Assembly (NCBI RefSeq): GCF_006345805.1
Contig: NC_043023.1
Span: forward strand, 16,554,001 to 16,618,000
Reading direction: 5' to 3'
DNA length: 64,000 nucleotides
Source of the DNA: Octopus sinensis
Lineage: Eukaryota
Shown: positions 62,995 through 64,000 of the stretch, in pieces
Numbering within the stretch: position 1 is the first letter of the stretch
Layout of the letters: every line of letters starts with the position of its first letter
The notes under the pieces: generated by a model
What the model was told of the DNA's origin: nothing
The model's input: the letters and a program-made list of their open reading frames with translations, nothing else
Database searches by the model: none
Made by a program: the position numbers and the translations under genes

Positions 62995-63243
62995 TGTTTA
63001 TCGTCAATTTGGTTCTTCCAAGGTTGATATTGTCGTCTGCAAACGCCCAAGTCAAACAGTCCTTTGTTACTTTTCTGATTAAGAGCATAGAAGTATTCCC
63101 ACTGTGGCTAACCTGGTAATTAGTGCCGTTAGCGCATGTCCTGTCGCATTCATATTTATAATTCTGGCACTGCCAAACCACTGGTCTTCGCATATTCGGT
63201 ACTGTAATACTGAGATTGGCTTTTCCGTTCAGTTTAATATTTT
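62995..63243 (-). CDS. Gene A Ig-like domain exon (249 nt, phase 1-1); upstream exons lie outside the window
   Basis: ctttctttcag|AA ... AACA|gtaagg; NIKLNGKANLSITVPNMRRPVVWQCQNYKYECDRTCANGTNYQVSHSGNTSMLLIRKVTKDCLTWAFADDNINLGRTKLTIN. Confidence 0.85.
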
Positions 63244-63414
63244 CTGAAAGAAAGAAATCAGATAAGAAATATGCTTCCCAATCACATATGGTTCTGGGTT
63301 CAGTCCCACTGTGTGGCCACCTTGGGCAAGTGTCTTCTAGTATAGTCTCTGGCCCACCAAAGCCTTGTGAGTGGATTTGGTAGACAAGAAACTGAAAGAA
63401 GCCCTTTGTTTTTA

Positions 63415-63438
63415 TGTATATGTATTTATGTATGTGTG

Positions 63439-63508
<70 letters not shown>

Positions 63509-63519
63509 CATATGTATAT

Positions 63520-63562
<43 letters not shown>

Positions 63563-63760
63563 TGTATATATGTTATATATATATGTATATATATATATGT
63601 ATATATATGTATATATATGTATATATATGTATATATATATATGTGTATATATATATATGTATATATATATGTATATATATATGTAATATATATGTATATA
63701 TATATATATGTAATATATATATATTATATATATATATATCTATATATATATATATATACT
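63415..63760. repeat. (TA/TG)n microsatellite
   Basis: Directly visible. Confidence 0.95.
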
Positions 63761-64000
63761 ACTATTGGCATAGAAATAATTTTCTTTAGCCCTTATTTAT
63801 AAGTTGTATATGTATATGTATATATAGTGGTCGTATTCTGTCAACTTAATGTGACAGTCTTGTAAGGGAATTACACCAGCGCCATTTAACTCTAGGAAAC
63901 ATCGACGCTTCCTGTCAGCTTTGACACATTTCTTGTGTCCTTATATTTGCAAAGGGGATAAATTTTATATATATATAGTAGTAACAGAAAGGAGGAATTT

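Overview
AT-rich, intron- and repeat-dominated eukaryotic genomic DNA. The SINE/LINE families and (TA)n/(CA)n/(CATA)n content point to an octopod cephalopod (Octopus sp.); this is an inference. Hidden among the repeats is a head-to-tail cluster of three paralogous minus-strand genes, here called C (~23.5-37.9 kb), B (~46.1-53.5 kb) and A (59.9 kb to beyond the window end). The ORF track largely misses them. I reconstructed them by hand from GT-AG sites and phase-1 introns: signal-peptide exon, 39-nt mini-exon, 249-nt atypical Ig-like exon, and a terminal exon with a GPI-anchor-like tail. Gene C gives a 152-aa protein. The Ig-like and mini-exons differ between paralogs mostly by amino-acid-changing substitutions while the flanking introns stay very similar. 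The rest is mobile DNA: RTE and CR1-like LINE fragments, a decayed mariner with extra flanking inverted repeats, a hAT remnant, Helitron-type elements, several MITEs (one expanded into a ~23 x 146-bp satellite), three or four tRNA-derived SINE families (often in tandem arrays), and Penelope-type hammerhead-ribozyme motifs. No database searches were run. Family names come from motif recognition, repeat boundaries are approximate, and exon coordinates were counted by hand.
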